Shown here: positions 22,638 through 37,244 of the stretch, piece by piece
Layout: the number at the start of each line of letters is the position of its first letter
How positions within the stretch are numbered: the stretch's first letter is position 1
Source: Trichosphaerium sp. ATCC 40318
Taxonomy: Eukaryota > Protista > Tubulinea
Assembly: GCA_038496445.1 (NCBI GenBank)
Contig: JALMLS010000081.1
Coordinates: 124,001 to 188,000 of the forward strand
Direction of reading: 5' to 3'
DNA length: 64,000 nt
Notes under the pieces: generated by a model
What the model was told of the DNA's origin: nothing
Database searches by the model: none
What the model saw: the letters and a program-made list of their open reading frames with translations, nothing else
Position numbers and translations under genes: made by a program

Positions 22638-24975
22638 ATGTCAAACGGTCAGGTACAAGTTCCGGTTTATTGTTTTCCGTGTACTTGGCTCACAGCATAC
22701 CACAATAGGCAGAAGTACTCGTGTACCTCGCTAACTCTTTCCCTTTTAAATATGAGACAGTTGTGATCAAAGAGAGACAAACCGCCAACGCACTCAAGTT
22801 TGCGGTGTGTAAGAAGTACGTAGACGTTACAAAGACGTGTTGGCGTGTTTCGTGCGATCAAATGTCACATTTTTGAATTATATTATGATTATGTGTAAAC
22901 CTGGTGACTAACCAACCGTTACTACGCCAACGCGCCCCTTATATACGTCACGTGCTAACTCGATTTTTTTTTCCTTTTTAAAGACAAGGCATCACCACAC
23001 GCTTCGACGACTACAGTAAGTCATTTTTTACTTATTACTCACCTGTCCTACTACCCGCCACCACTGCCAACCAAAAATCTGACACTTATTTTTATCACGC
23101 AGGTATTTACTGGTTGCATAACAACACAAAAGTAAAAGAACTCCCTGAAAAACCGTATGCATTGCACGTTAAATGGGGGGAGAAGAGCGGAGCAAAAAAC
23201 AAATTTCTGTTTTTGAACGTAGAAAAACAGCAAGACTTCAAAAAGACGCTCAAAGCAGCACGTATAGAACAATCTACTGAGCGAGGCGATCCCATTGGAG
23301 ATACTATAAAATTTCTTACAGCCCATGCACTTGAGGAAGTAGGTCTGTTCAGGGTGTCAGGCAGTCAACGCAGAATTAGAGAAATTGTAACTCTCTATGA
23401 ACAAGGTGGCACTGTACGTTTTAGCAATTTAGCCCATTTGTCACAACTATTTGTTATAAATATACCTAACAGGCTCATTTAAGGTGACACCCGATATGTA
23501 CGGAGGGACACACAATGCTGCAGGTATTTTGAAACTTTGGCTGCGCGAGCAAGACATTCTCATCCCGCCAGACTTCACACAACGCCTCAATGACATTGGT
23601 AGTACGTATTTATATGAAAAAACCAAATAATTATATATGGAGCCAGTCGCTTATACCGCGTTCTAGCCAATGAAAGTGATGAAGAGAAATGCGCAGACGG
23701 CATTTCAGAAGTATTCAAAACAATTAGCAAGGAGCGCATAGCCAATCTTCACAAACTCTGCTTGTTTCTAGAAAAATTAGCTCAAGGCTCAGCAATTAAC
23801 AAGATGGATGCTGGCGTACGTGCATACTTTTACGTCCTTTTTTTTTTTTTTTGACATTCGAAAAAAAAAACACGTGCTTTTTACAAAAAAAACGTGTATT
23901 GCCCATTAATCCATGACTTGTAGAACTTGTCAATTATCTTTTGCCCGATATTTGATATATCGGCACCTGTATTCACAACAATGATAAACCAGCTGTCAAG
24001 GATATTCACACCACTCATATCCTCAAGTCCAGCCGAACCAAAGCAAACCACAACCATAAATACGCGAACGCCATCAATTGACGCTTCACCTGCCCTACGC
24101 ACAGCAGCGGAGACAGCACGCATCATGAACGAGGCTCCTGCAAAAGCACCACCGTTCAAGCCCGCGCCATTCAACGCACCGCCTAAAGTGCCACCAAAGT
24201 CCGCACGACCTGTCAATACTTTCCCCAAGAGATCATTTGTGCCACAAGTACAACAAAGACAACAACAACAGAAGCCGGCTCCACTGGTTTGAACCCTTTA
24301 TTTCGTGATTTAACAGTCTAACGCAACCCCTTTTTAGAAGGCGATCAATCCTCGCACCTTTACAGACAATGCGAGTGTGGCATCAGAAGAATCAGATACA
24401 GACACAGATCCTTTCCAGATGATAGAGGGATTGCAGTCTGAGTTTGCCGAGTTGGAGGTAAATAACCATAGTGGATCCACTCTGGAGCTTTTTTTTTTGT
24501 ACCTTTTCTGACACCTCCTTAGGCACATATTGCAAATATTACTTTTGATGACGGAGATGATGAATTAGATGATGTTGTGGACACTGCCATAGAGGAGAAC
24601 TTATTCACATCAGTGGATGATTTAGTGAGCACGCCATTTTCACTTCCATCCAAACCTGTGGCATCGAGGAGACCTCTAGCAGCCAGTGAACCTATTCCAG
24701 ATACGCCTGATGGTGCATCCAGAAAGGCTCTGAGTTCATCAGCGGCTGAACCATACACAGGAGCAAGGGCACTACCTAGGACGCCTAAAGCAGCTAGACC
24801 AAAGAGCTTTTCCGCGTTTAAAAAATTACCTCCTAAGAAGTTTGGCACTGGCAGAGGCAAATTTCGCATACAGGGTAAAGGCAAATTTGGTGTGAGAGGC
24901 AAATTTGGCGGGAGAGGCAAGGGTAGAGGCCGAGGTAGAGGCAACTTTGGGCCAAAGAGAGCTCCATTCCGCTAG
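22638..24975 (+). CDS. RhoGAP protein with PH-like N-terminal part and Pro-rich, Gly/Arg-rich tail
   Basis: GLFRVSG arginine-finger motif, AGILKLWLRE, NKMDA..NLSIIFCP. Start uncertain. Confidence 0.8.
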
Positions 24976-25159
24976 CCACGTAAGAATGAAAAAAAAACAA
25001 TGATGGCAATTCACCTGTAAAATAGATTGACTGTGATTTTTCTCAGAGAAAAAGTTGTTGTTGCATTATTCTTTTTTTTTTCACAGGGCTTATTTATTAA
25101 ATGACAAAATACAATTCTTTTTTGGTATCATCAAAGTATGTATGCGTACAACAACAAAA

Positions 25160-28100
25160 TTAATCATTGATGCCGGGTAACTTGGTATTAGAAGGCAAAC
25201 CTCTATCTGGCTTGAACACAGTAGTTCTAGGTACCATGGTGATGCAATCAGGTATTGGGCAAACAGAGACACATAACTAGGGCAAGTATTGTGAGTACGC
25301 CAAATCACAAAAACCAACAAAAGACAAGAAAATAAAACAACGTACAGTACAACCGGTACAGTCGTCTGTGATCTCTGGGAGATGTGTTTCAGCGTCGAAC
25401 TAGATAACTCCGTTAGCACGTATTATTAAATGATCTAGTGGGCTCATCGCACCTTGATGGCCTGGTAGCCAGAGTCGTTACATGTCATGTAGCACTTGCC
25501 GCAGTTAATACACATCTCAGAGTCTACGATAGCTACAGCCTGTTGTTTGTTGTCTAAATCTGTGTACTTTCCGATCCTATCAAGTGCAGCGCCCTATGCC
25601 GCGTGTGAGTTACGCTACAAATAGTTTATCGAGTACTCTAATGTCCTCAATTGATGGGATCTCCTTCTGTTCTGGTTCTCGTGGTTTTGGCGCTGTTTCG
25701 AGTAGATCTGTCTTGGCAGCCCATTGCTTCAATGCATCGCGGCGTTGTTGCTCATAGTGACCAAATCGAGGTAATCCTTTACCAATTTCGTTCAAAACAG
25801 TCTTCATGCGACTGGCTGGAGGGCTGATGTGGAGAAATAGGTTAGATTACACTGTTTGTACACGAGTAGTGTGCATAACACAAAAATAAAGTAGCGCACC
25901 TTTGGTAATCCCAATCAGCTAGATCCTTACGAGATTGCATGTACAAGCACGCCTTTAATCCAGTGATGTAATCTAGGATTAGTTAGAAAGAATGTTGCAC
26001 AAATAGGATGCGCGATGGTGACGAACCTTCAATCACTGTAAAATCTTGATTCTGTACGCTAGAGCATATTTGTACAACACCAGCACCTGCAAAGAAGAAT
26101 TGCATGGCTACTTCAGCGCTATCGATACCGCCAACGCCCATAATTGGGTATCCTGGGAATTTGTTACCAACAGCGGACACCTGCAAACAAAAATGAACAA
26201 CACTTGTCAGACCCACTATTGTTAAAAAGTACCATCTTTAGCGCAACAGGTCGAGTTGCGTTTCCAGAGACACCACCGTATGTGGTTTTCTTCTCTTTAC
26301 CAACTGCTGGCCAAGCCGCTGAGTTCGAGGACAGTCCCATCAATCCTGAGATTGTGTTGATGGCAGTCACACCTGTAGCGCCTCCCTTCTTTGCTGCATC
26401 AGCAATGACGGTCACATCAGTAACATTTGGAGTCAACTTGGCAAACACTGGAATATCAACAACTTCAGTGACCCACTTGCTGATGTTCTCTACGAACACG
26501 GCATTTTGACCGCATGCGATACCCATGCCTCTCTCTCCCATACCGTGTGGGCATGACAAGTTGAGTTCTAGAGCATCAGAACCTGCACGGGCTGCCATTA
26601 CAGCGAGCTCTTGCCAATCCTCTTTAATATAACCGCACATAATACTACCGACAATAATATGTTCTGGGAAGTCTTTCTTTAGCTCTTGTATGCCCTTGCA
26701 CCAGTAAGTTGCTGTCTTTTCAGAAATGAGCTCAATATTCAAGAAGGATGATTGTCCAGGTCCATAGTGGTAATTACTGGTTGTACCACGCACGATACGT
26801 GGCGATACGTTGGTAACAACATCTTTTGCGAGACTGAAAGTCTTTGTTACGGCAAATCCCCAACCTGCTTCGAATGCCCTACATTTCATGTTTAGTACAT
26901 ATTCACCACCAGAAGGGAAACAAAATAAATACGTACCTTCTAAGCATAGGCGCAGAAGTACATGGCGTTGCAGAAGCGAGACCAAATGGATTGATGAACT
27001 TGAGGCCTGCAAATTCGACGGAAATGTCAACCTCGTCAATAGGTGTACAAAAGTTTGGCAATTGTGGTTTGGCTACGAGCTCAGCTGATAGTGGAATACC
27101 GTGTGACTCTTGTAAGTACTTGTGCATATACCAAGCGGCTTGTTTACCATCATTGGTTGCTTCAACAGTGGTTCCGTGACCCTTTTGAAATACAGTGAGT
27201 ATAGATATGGACAATCTAATAATAACGCAAAGTGTTCTTTATACGCACGATTAAATCACCGCCACAGAACAACCACTCGGCTGCCTTACTCTGACCTGTT
27301 TCGCGATCTACATCAGCGCATCCCCACTTGTCGAGGGTCAATGGTGCAACAGATTTTAAGTCGTCTACTTTAGATCCAAAAGCGGAAATAATGTGATCGC
27401 CTGAGAACATCGTATAAGCAATAATCAAACAAGCAAGCCCAAGATACGTACATTTGACGCGAATGAAAGAGTCTTCATCATTGTAATACAGGCCATCGTC
27501 ACCCTTTTCTCTCTTGTAAAACTCAATGGCAACTACCTTGCCTTCCTTCATCACAACCTTCTTTGGGTTGCAGTATGGCATAAACTCGCACTTTTCAATC
27601 CTGACAAGGTCCACTTCCTCTTCAACAGCCTAGCAAACATTTTATTAAAACGACGTGATTTGACGTGATTAGCAAAAACCACATGAAACTTACTCTCATT
27701 TCAGGTGTTGCTCGTCTAAAAGCGACGTATACACGCTTGGAACCACAACGCAATGCTGATGTGGCGCAATCCATAGCTGTGTCACCAGCACCCAATACAA
27801 CTGTTCGTCCTTTCAATTCCATGAGTTGTGACTGAGGGAGGGCGAACAACGATTAGATATAAAACAACATTACCAATATGTCACTACTTACCTTGCATCC
27901 GCACATGCCTGGCTTTGATGCTTTAGATACCAATGGCAAAAATTCCTTGCTTGTCCAGAAGCCATTCTCAGATTTTAGTCCTTTAAACACATCCGAAATT
28001 TTTGGCTAAAAATTGAGAAACAGGTGAGTATTGGTGCTAAACAACGACATTGTAAAACGTACATCTGGCATACCAATACCCATAAATACGGCGTCATTGT

Positions 28101-29390
28101 CTTTCTTTAAACCATCAAGTGTAAAGTCTTTACCAAGTGCTTTACCATGCTCAACCTATTAAACCACCAAAATTCAGTACTTCGCTTTTTTTTTCTTTTT
28201 TTCTTCTCGAAAATTTACCTTGACGCCAAGATCCTTCATCAATTTTACTTCAAAATCGACAACGTCGTATGGCAGACGAAACTGAGGGATTTCAGTGGAA
28301 CTCAAACCACCAGGGAACTCATTACGCTCGTAAATCGTAACATTTTGATATCCCAAACGAGCCTTCAAACAACTTTTAGCAAATCGTACATTTGAAGTGT
28401 TAATGACGTACGAGAAAGGTAGCGCAACTGATAGATGCTGGTCCACATCTATTTCGAAGAGTATCAATAATGGAAAGAATGCTCAATAAGCGGACAAAAA
28501 AGCAATTTAAAAAAAACTGTACCCTACTAAAGCGACCTTGGCTTTATAGCTTGGTGGTAACTCAGAGAGTTTTGGTAACGACGAATCGCGTATTTGTGGT
28601 ACACCCATTTTTTTAAAGATTTCTGTTGCGAATTGCTGCAAACCGCCGATATTAATAGCACCTTAACGTTAAGCGTTAATCAAAGGAAACGAAATGGTTT
28701 TTCAATCATTTTAAGCAAAAATGGCTTTTGTACCTTCTTCCGTTGCAGCGAGATTACAACCGCCAACGCAAAGGTCCGAGGTAGGGCATACCATACCGCA
28801 AGTCAAACCAAGAGGGTTATCAGAGAAAATCTTTTTCGCGGCACCGTAGTAATTTCTAGTGCTTATAGACGAGATGAACGCTTTAATATCAAGTTGCGTT
28901 GGGCACGAGCTTTGGCAAGGCGCATCAGCGCATCTGTGTAAAGCGATAAATACACGACATACTAACAAACACGCAAGTTAACGCATTGATGTAAAATAAG
29001 CGTACTTTAAACAACGAGCTGATTCAAACAAAGCACCACGCTCTGTTAGCGTTGTTGGTTTAATGTCCGTAAAGTCGCGATGCTTAGCGCAACCCTAGAG
29101 CAAGTTACACAAAACAGTTAGGAAAGGTATCGTTAAACACACCGATTCACACTCAACATTTCGCTTCCAGTGCTCCTTGGCCTTAGAGGTTGCGTCGGTT
29201 GACTTGAAGTTAGCGTATGATTTAACTACAAGGCGTTAAAACTAGACCTTTAACAAATGGAAACCTTTGGGGTGAAGTGCTAGTATCTACAAAGCGTATG
29301 AGAATAGTAACAAACCAGAAGCGTTAATTTGGCAGGTATTGTACGCACCTCAATATCAGCTACTTGGGACACTTGCTTTAGCTTTGACAT
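25160..29390 (-). CDS. DPYD: Dihydropyrimidine dehydrogenase (NADP+)
   Basis: [92 protein letters not shown]. Confidence 0.97.
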
Positions 29391-29660
29391 GTTGAAGGGC
29401 GTGTAAAGCTGAATGCGTCTAAATTAATTGGTTGGCCTACTTTTCAATTTCTGGCTTAACCTCTTCTCGAAAAACCTAACCCTGGAATTCCCTGGCAGCA
29501 ATGGGCTTATCACCATTTTACCCAAACTCAAACCAACGTACGCAATACTTCTCCTGATTGATTACCACTTCGTTTACGACTTTTTTAATCTAATTTCTTC
29601 AATAATTACACTATTTACTACACCAATCGCTAAAGTACTTTTTAGTAGAGAGAATAAACA

Positions 29661-30736
29661 ATGGCTGATCTACCATCAAATTTTAAACCTGGTAAGTTTG
29701 CAAGAAAGCAGAAAGTACCGAAACCTGAACTAACCTCAGTTTAAGGCGACTGGATGTGCCCTAACTGCAACGCCCATAACTTCCGTTCTCGCTCTCAATG
29801 TATGAAGTGTAACGCCGAAGGCGGTAGCGGTGGCGGCGGTAGATCACAGCGTAGAGATTACGACGACAACCGCGGTTACGACCGAAGAGGTGGTCGCGAT
29901 AGATACGACGACAGAGGCGACCGTGGCGGCAGATTTTGTACGTAAACAACCCACAAAGCAGCGGAACGCCATTTTTACGTCTGCATTCGATAAACACGCA
30001 ACAAAAAAACCGTATTGGTTTTTATTCTTTGGATTTTATTGATTATTTTATCTTGTTCTCACCCTCTTTTCCAGCCCGTGACGATCGTGGTCGCGATTAC
30101 TCTCGATCACCACCTCGTGGCCGTACACCTCCAAACTTCAAACCTGGAGATTGGATGTGCGACGAGTGCGACGCACACAACTTCTCTCGCCGTGACACGT
30201 GCATGCGCTGCTCCAAGGATCGTCCTGCAGGCGGTGGTGGTGGTAGCAGCTACGGCGGTAGCAGATACGGTGGTGGTCGCGATGGCGGATACAGTGGTGG
30301 TCGCAGCGGTGGCTTTGACCGCCCTGACAACTTCAAGCCAGGCGATTGGATGTGTCCAAACTGCAACGCCCATAACTTCCGTTCTCGCTCTCAGTGCATG
30401 AAGTGCGCAACCTCTAAGGACGAAGCAGGTGGTTTCGATGATGATCCAAGAGGCGGTGGTGGACGCAACGACCGTGGTAATGACCGTGGTAGCTACGGTG
30501 GCGGTCGCGGTGACCTCCCACCTAACTTCAAGCCTGGAGACTGGATGTGCGACGAGTGCAGCTTCCATAACTTTAGATCAAACACTGAGTGCAAGAGGTG
30601 TGGTGCTAGTGCCCCTGGTGAAGGTTCTCCACGCGGTAGCAAGCGTTCAGGTGACTATGAAGACAATCGCGATAACAAGAGAAAAAGATTCAACCGCGAT
30701 GATGACTCCGAAGAAGGCGATGACAGAAGAAGATGA
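29661..30736 (+). CDS. RGG-rich RNA-binding protein with four RanBP2-type Zn fingers
   Basis: Four FKPGDWMCxxCxxHNFxxxxxCxxC motifs with RGG/SR-rich linkers. Introns ~29692-29745 and ~29939-30074. Confidence 0.9.
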
Positions 30737-31176
30737 ATATTTTCGAATACGCAATAAGCGCTGAGCACAGGCCAAAAAAAAAAGTACAAAGAACAAATTT
30801 TTATGGTGGTGTGGTAGTAAATTTCAAGTACCGATATAAGGGTTACAAAAAACGAACGGGTGTCGGTTGGAATTTAATGTGAGGGGTTGAGGCGTTGTGA
30901 AAAAAAAGATTGTGTGGGACGTTTTTGTCATAAAAAAACGAACAAATATGTGCGAACCGACCGATTGATGGCGGGGGGTTATAGGGCAAGTGTGGCTCAA
31001 GAAATAATGCCACAAGTTTGCGGTGTAATAGGAACAAATCCTCTTGTCAAAAAAAAAGCTCTCGTTCTTTATACATCGAGCAGTAAAAGCAATCCTTTCT
31101 TTTCCATGTTTATGTATGTTTTTATCTCCCGTTTATTGTTGTTGTATTTACAAGTGGGTATTGCGCGGATGGCAGT

Positions 31177-32342
31177 ACTAGTCCCAGTTGGCTCCCCACT
31201 GTATTTTTTCTTCTTGTGGTTCTGGCTGTGGCTCTGGAGTCGGTTCTACTGCCTGCGGTTGAATGCTCGGGGTTACTGGTTCGTCAGCATCCTCGCTGTA
31301 TTTGGTGCTGACAGTTCTCCTGCAATTGCGTTAGATAGCAGAACAAAGTGCAACAACTCATTACCTTGGAGGAGCCTGATTAAAGGATGAGCCCCAAGTC
31401 TCGCGCTCTGGCTGGAAGGTGTCCTTGGTGTCGACAGTATTTACTTCTCCATCGCGTGTCAAAAGTTGCTAGAAAGATTATGAGATTACATTCCTAAACA
31501 ACGTCCGAATGCGCACCTCTCTGACCATGGTTTTTTTCGGTTCTTTTGTTGATTTGGCACACATTTGTCTTGTGTGAGGCCAAACGAATAAGACCTGGTT
31601 CAGGCGTTAACAAAAAAACAAGGCCTAACAGAAAATAGGATTGTTTCGTACCCAAAACAGGCATGCAAAACAGTCAATAGTGCACGTTATGATGTACATA
31701 TTATACCTGCATGTCCAGTCCGGATATTTTTTAGAGAGCGTAGTCTAAAGGAGCCGATTGAGAAGGGGAGATAAAAGGAACAACAAAATGCGACTACAAT
31801 ATTACCTGGCAGTGGGACTTTGCTGTACTTACAGCTGTCACATCAAATGCAGCAGAAGCGCCATATCCTGTAGCGATGAGCAAGGACGCCAAAATTATCT
31901 TGCGAGATGGTTTAGCAAACAACGTTTGATCAAAACGGCAAGGACCACACTTACAATAACCCCAAATGTTTTGTTGTTTTTAATGACAGACCAGTAAATA
32001 CTACTGGCGGCTATTATAGTCGCAGCTACTGCTGTGCACGTGCGCAGTGCTATATTCTTAACAGGCCACGTACATCGCAGTGATCCAAATCCTTTGTTTG
32101 CTAACACGGCTGAGTTAGCAGTGATAATACCGTTAACATCGATTTTGTTTGGTTACATTGGAGCTGTGTTGGTTGCGCATTCGATTGACACTCAATTTTG
32201 TACTAATTAATTTGGCGTCAGCGCTGGCGTATGGGTTTTGCGTACCGTATGCTGATTTACCGTAAGGTCTTGATTTTCTGGGAGAATTTGATTTTAAAAT
32301 GTAAATTAAAGCAATTAATAATCGCTACCTGGAATCTGCATG
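31177..32342 (-). CDS. Small multi-pass membrane protein with Pro/Glu-rich C-tail
   Basis: Hand-spliced exons give hydrophobic helices (IILASLLIATGYG; YIITCTIDCFACLFWVLFVW) and a tail ending WGANWD*. Confidence 0.4.
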
Positions 32343-32571
32343 CCACTAAAGACAAGCGACGTGACGGATATCGCCTTGTTTGAAGTTAGAATTATCCGGT
32401 GGTCGTCAAATATTACGTACGAGTACCACTAAGTGAAATAGTGCCGATATAACGGCCCATCTATTCATTAGGTGAGAGCTTGTAAAAAATGAGAGTCAAT
32501 GTTCTTCTAGCACAGTTTGTTAGCCTTTGTGATGATCTACTGAGTGCTGCTTCGTACGTGGCACAATAAAT

Positions 32572-34643
32572 ATGCTCGTTGGCGCTATTAGGGTAATCGT
32601 TGTTTGTCAGTACATTATTAACAAATATAAAGCTACCAGGCGCGCTGAAAGCGTAGCGGTAATACGTCAATGGTACTAATCACACTTTACAACTTATTTT
32701 GTGTAATTCAGCTACAAGCACACATACACGCCACACAACGCGTTTAAAACTACAAAGCAAGCGTACAAATAGGTCAGTGTCAAATACACTCGCGAAATAC
32801 TTTCCACAAGACATGGTAGAGGCCAAATCAACAGAAAGACAACTCGCCTTGCCAAATACGCACAAGAGCGCACTAATAGCAAAAGAATATAAAAAAAAAA
32901 CAAGAGAAGCAGTGACGTTCCATTGGGCCAGTCTTTGCCTTGCAACAATGTACGCTCTCTCGACAAAATCCTTTTTAAACGATGCTGTATCACGTTGTTC
33001 ATTTGTTTAATGTAGTAAAGTTCCAATCGGTGTGGTAAGTGAATTTGAATAGTTGACATAGTGAAAGGGTCTTTTAGCCAAGTCAGTTTAACCAACTTTG
33101 GACTGGTTTTAGGTTTGTAACAGTTCAGCCATTATCACTGACGGACTCTTCGATATAACAAATGTTATAAGAAATAAGGCGTACACTGCGGGCTACAAAG
33201 GTACCATTTGTTTAACAACAATGCTGCATTTAAAGTGGCGCAATCACATGTCTTTCGCTTTTTTTCTAATAATTGTTATAGCTTCTGTGCCCGTATCCAC
33301 TATGACGTATCCATACGGAAAGGGCAAGTACATGCCTTTATATGGCGTTTTGGGCGCATCAATGTCGATGGGTACGTTGTCGGTAAACGTATCCGGTTGT
33401 GCTAAATGAATCATCTCAAGGTGTTATTGCATGCATGACAGGTTTGGGATTTGCATCATTGGTTTCTGCACCATACTGCGTACGGATTTAGAGATGATTG
33501 TATAAGAATAACATGTATCAAAGGTGACATTTGCAGGTGCTGTTTCAGCTTGTGCGCTGTTTTTTGTGCGGGGAGGTCTCTTTCAGTACTACCAATCTGG
33601 CAACAATAAAATGGTGGATGGCAAGAAGAAACACGATGCTCCAGAACATAATCTGGTATATGATGAGGATAACGTACCAGCATTGCGTCATAGAGAAGCA
33701 CTATTACCATCAATAATAGCATTTGGATCTGCTTTTGTGTCAGCAGCAGGAGTACCATTTGTGGATGCATGTGGTGGTACGTGTTTCCTTTCTACAACCA
33801 TCAGTCTCATTTGTTTATTATTTTCTAGTCTTTATCATCGCTGCCTTCACTATGAGGTCTGTATGGCTGACATACACTCGCAATGCGGCAGCATTAGTTG
33901 AAAAGAATGTGGAGCATGTCAAGTTTGAACAGATATTAGCAACTCTTGATGAATTGAAGCTTCCTGTTGAGGTTTTCTACAATTTACGTGTGCGCAACAT
34001 GGGTCCGTATTTTGTAGCAGACATGCGAGTCTTGTTGCCAACAGATTTGGATATTGAGAGCGGATGTAGTCTGGTCAAGCTGATACAAACAAAAGTTGAA
34101 CAAAAAGTGCACAGACTGAGGGAGTTCAACATTGTGCGTCACTACACTGGATTCTCATAACAAAGTGTCATAGTCTTATTCTTTCTGTTATAGTTTATGG
34201 ACTGCGAATCCGAAGAAGAACGGAAAAAGAAGCGGTCAGCCTCTAAAATACCGTTGATACACAACAAGATATTTAAAATTGTTGAAGAAGTACATTCATT
34301 AAATTGTTCCTTTTTGGAAGTTTTCATCGCAATAACACAGGGCTTTTAGGCTGATTTGTTTCGTGTTTATAAGACGTCCAAGTACCATTCATATATATTT
34401 AATGACTACCATGTTGTGTTATTCACTGCACATGTGGATCCAACGTTATTACCATCGTACGTCTACAAACAACCATGTTTTGGAATGTGTATTGATGTTG
34501 TGTCTGGTTGTAGAAAACAAGATGAGGTTTCTAGTGGCTTGCGTACCTTTATCCTTGAACAATTACAAGGCGTAGTCGATGATGTTATCATCAATACTGA
34601 TGTGTATCCTCTAACAGATGGAGCGATTGACGTATTGAGATGA
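32572..34643 (+). CDS. Cation diffusion facilitator (CDF)-like protein, probably organellar, with degenerate metal site
   Basis: SSAIITDG, TYPYGKGKY and a C-terminal ZT-dimer-like NLRVRNMGPYFVADMRV, plus an extra C-terminal domain. Confidence 0.7.
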
Positions 34644-35069
34644 ATGATATCCATCAAATCCACGAAAAAAAAAATAGAAAAAAAGAAAACAAATAAGAAA
34701 TGGTTCTGATTTCATCTGGTTGATTGGTTTTTTATTAAACGTTACGTTTTACTGAATTGTAAGGGCATTAAGAAGTTGGTATTAAGAATTTCTATTGTTG
34801 TTGCCTATTAGATACTTGCAAACAAATAGACATATTTCAAGACTTTCGAGAAAATTCTGAGTTTCCTTATTCGGGAATTAGCAATATCCCTTCTTTTGTA
34901 ATAGAGATTTGGTAGCTCAACTATCACACCTTCGAGTACTTCTACGGTTGCTTTAGCTTCGCCTTCTCCTAATGTTACTGATTACGCGTTATATCTTCAT
35001 TGAATTCATAAACACCTTAAGTCTCCAATTCTGTTTTCTTTTTGTTTGACGTGATTATATCACGGGAGA

Positions 35070-36994
35070 ATGAAGGAGGGTCGTGTGTGGTTAATTATTC
35101 TGGCATTATATGCGTTGTCTTCCGCTGTGGTGATGCTGTTTGCATTTCCTTTCTCTGGAAGTACATTGCACCCTTTTTCGCCTGAAACCGGTAACACAAT
35201 GCATGTTACGCTGCAGCATACGCCACATGCCTTAGAAAATCTCAATCCGGTGCCAGAACCTACAAAACCGGTAGAAGAGCACGTGACAACGCCAAATATA
35301 GTGGATATTAGCCGCAAACCTATTATAGAGCCTCATGTAGATAACTCTATTACAAAACCAACATTTAAGCCTCTGGAAGTGCGTCATTACTGTACTAATG
35401 CGTGTTAACTTTCATCCAAGCGTCTGGATCCGATAATTTACGGTGATGAACCTAAATTGCTTATTTACGCTCCAAATGGTCAATTAAACAGTACGCATGT
35501 CTCTATTATAGCGTACAACCTAACTTTTGAGTGCAATAGATCAACGGAAGTGCGCTAAAAAAACCACGTCGCATAAATCATCTCACGTGATATTTATAGG
35601 TCCTTCATGGATGCACTAGGTTTCGCACGTGTTCTTAACAGGTATCATAAGAATACCTTGTTTTTTTTTAGTTTTTAACACATTATACGCTGCAGGACAC
35701 TCGTGTTACCTTACTTATCCTTTCGGTATGTTATTACTGTTAGCACATGTCTCATTCTGAGCATTCTTTAGGCATAACTACTTGCAACGATTCGAAAACA
35801 ACATGGGCGTGTACGCTCCTATTGGGTGCTTTTTGTGCTAATTTCTAAGTATCATCAAGTAAGACGACATACGTTCATATGCAACAATATTTTGATGTGT
35901 CAACGGTGCAAGGTATCAAACTTGTGCGCCCAGGACCATACCTACGGGATGTATGCGGTAATATAGTCACGTTACATGACGTGCATCAAACAAAAGAGAC
36001 GAACCCAAAGAAATACTACAACAAGTAAGCCACTGCTCATGTGACAGTCAATTCACTAATGTCTGTTTGTCAGGAGGTTAGGGTTAAAGTGGGACAGTAC
36101 GTCATTTCTAAAAACAAGTGGTTTAGTACAATGTTTATTGAGTTGGATATTAGTCAAAAAGCACATGAAAACAAATACAAAAAAATGGAACACTGAAGCT
36201 GTGCATCGAGCTTTTGGAGGAATCCAAACAACATGTTTGTGCTTAGGTGTTCTATTCAATGACTTTGAGCATCCTTCAAAGTTAGCATATGCAAATCTTA
36301 GACAATCTATACGGTTTGCATCGTGGGTTATGAACACAGCCAGAGTACGACATTTCAAAACTGAAAGTTGGAACAAAGGATTGACGTGATTGTACGTTTA
36401 GGATGTGCGGTCTACACTTGGTTTAAATGAAAAACCGTTTCTAGCACTTCATCACCGTAGAAGACCAGCGTACGTCATATTTCTTGAGTGTATTTCTTGT
36501 AGGGATTGTGTTTTAATTGCGTGGTTGTAGAGAAGGGTTTTGTATGAAGCACCAAAAAGCCCGATTAACGTGTACTTTACCACCGGAATATGTCATAGCA
36601 AAAATACATGAAGCATTCACTAAATTTAAACTACATGCAGACACACCAATATTTCTTGCATCATCTATTACAAATGCAACTGAGGTAGATATCATCAAAT
36701 CTGCTTTTCCAAGTACATAACCAACAAATGTTTAAAAACACTGTCCAACACTTTGTCTTAGATTGTAGGACTTATATGCCAGTCTACACTATAAAACAAT
36801 CTGACGATGGGTTGATGATATCCATGGTATGATGTGTTGTAATATTCGGTGTTGGAGCTTAATTTTGTTAGATTGACCAGTTGCTGTGTTCTTGGGCGGA
36901 TTTCTTTCTGGGTACTTCGCAGAGCACTTTTAGTCATATTATACGAGAAGAGAGGACTATTGTACTTGGCAAGGATAAGGGCATCACCTTTTGA
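35070..36994 (+). CDS. GDP-fucose O-fucosyltransferase-like type II membrane protein
   Basis: N-terminal TM and Pro-rich stem; GQLNN, ARVLNRTLVLP, FLALHHRR, IFLAS, IDQLLC..ADFFLGTSQSTFS. Confidence 0.8.
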
Positions 36995-37244
36995 CCAGAC
37001 TAGCTACATTTTTTTATTATTGTATGTCGCTTCCCTCTTGTACTTGTATTTATAATTCTCGAATATTCCCTTTTACTTCAAACTTCCATCAGTTGTTTAT
37101 GTTGAGTCACAGTTGCCCCATTATTAGATCAACAATTCTCGTTGTTATTGCAGGGATAAAGCACCATTTTTTTGTTGTAGTATTCTTAAGATCATCAATG
37201 GAAATTGGTATAGTCTGCCAAGGTATAATTTTGTATTTTGATTT

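Noticed and set aside
34790-34975. Met-less ~60-codon open stretch on the minus strand
   Set aside because: No start, no convincing splice partners and no motif.
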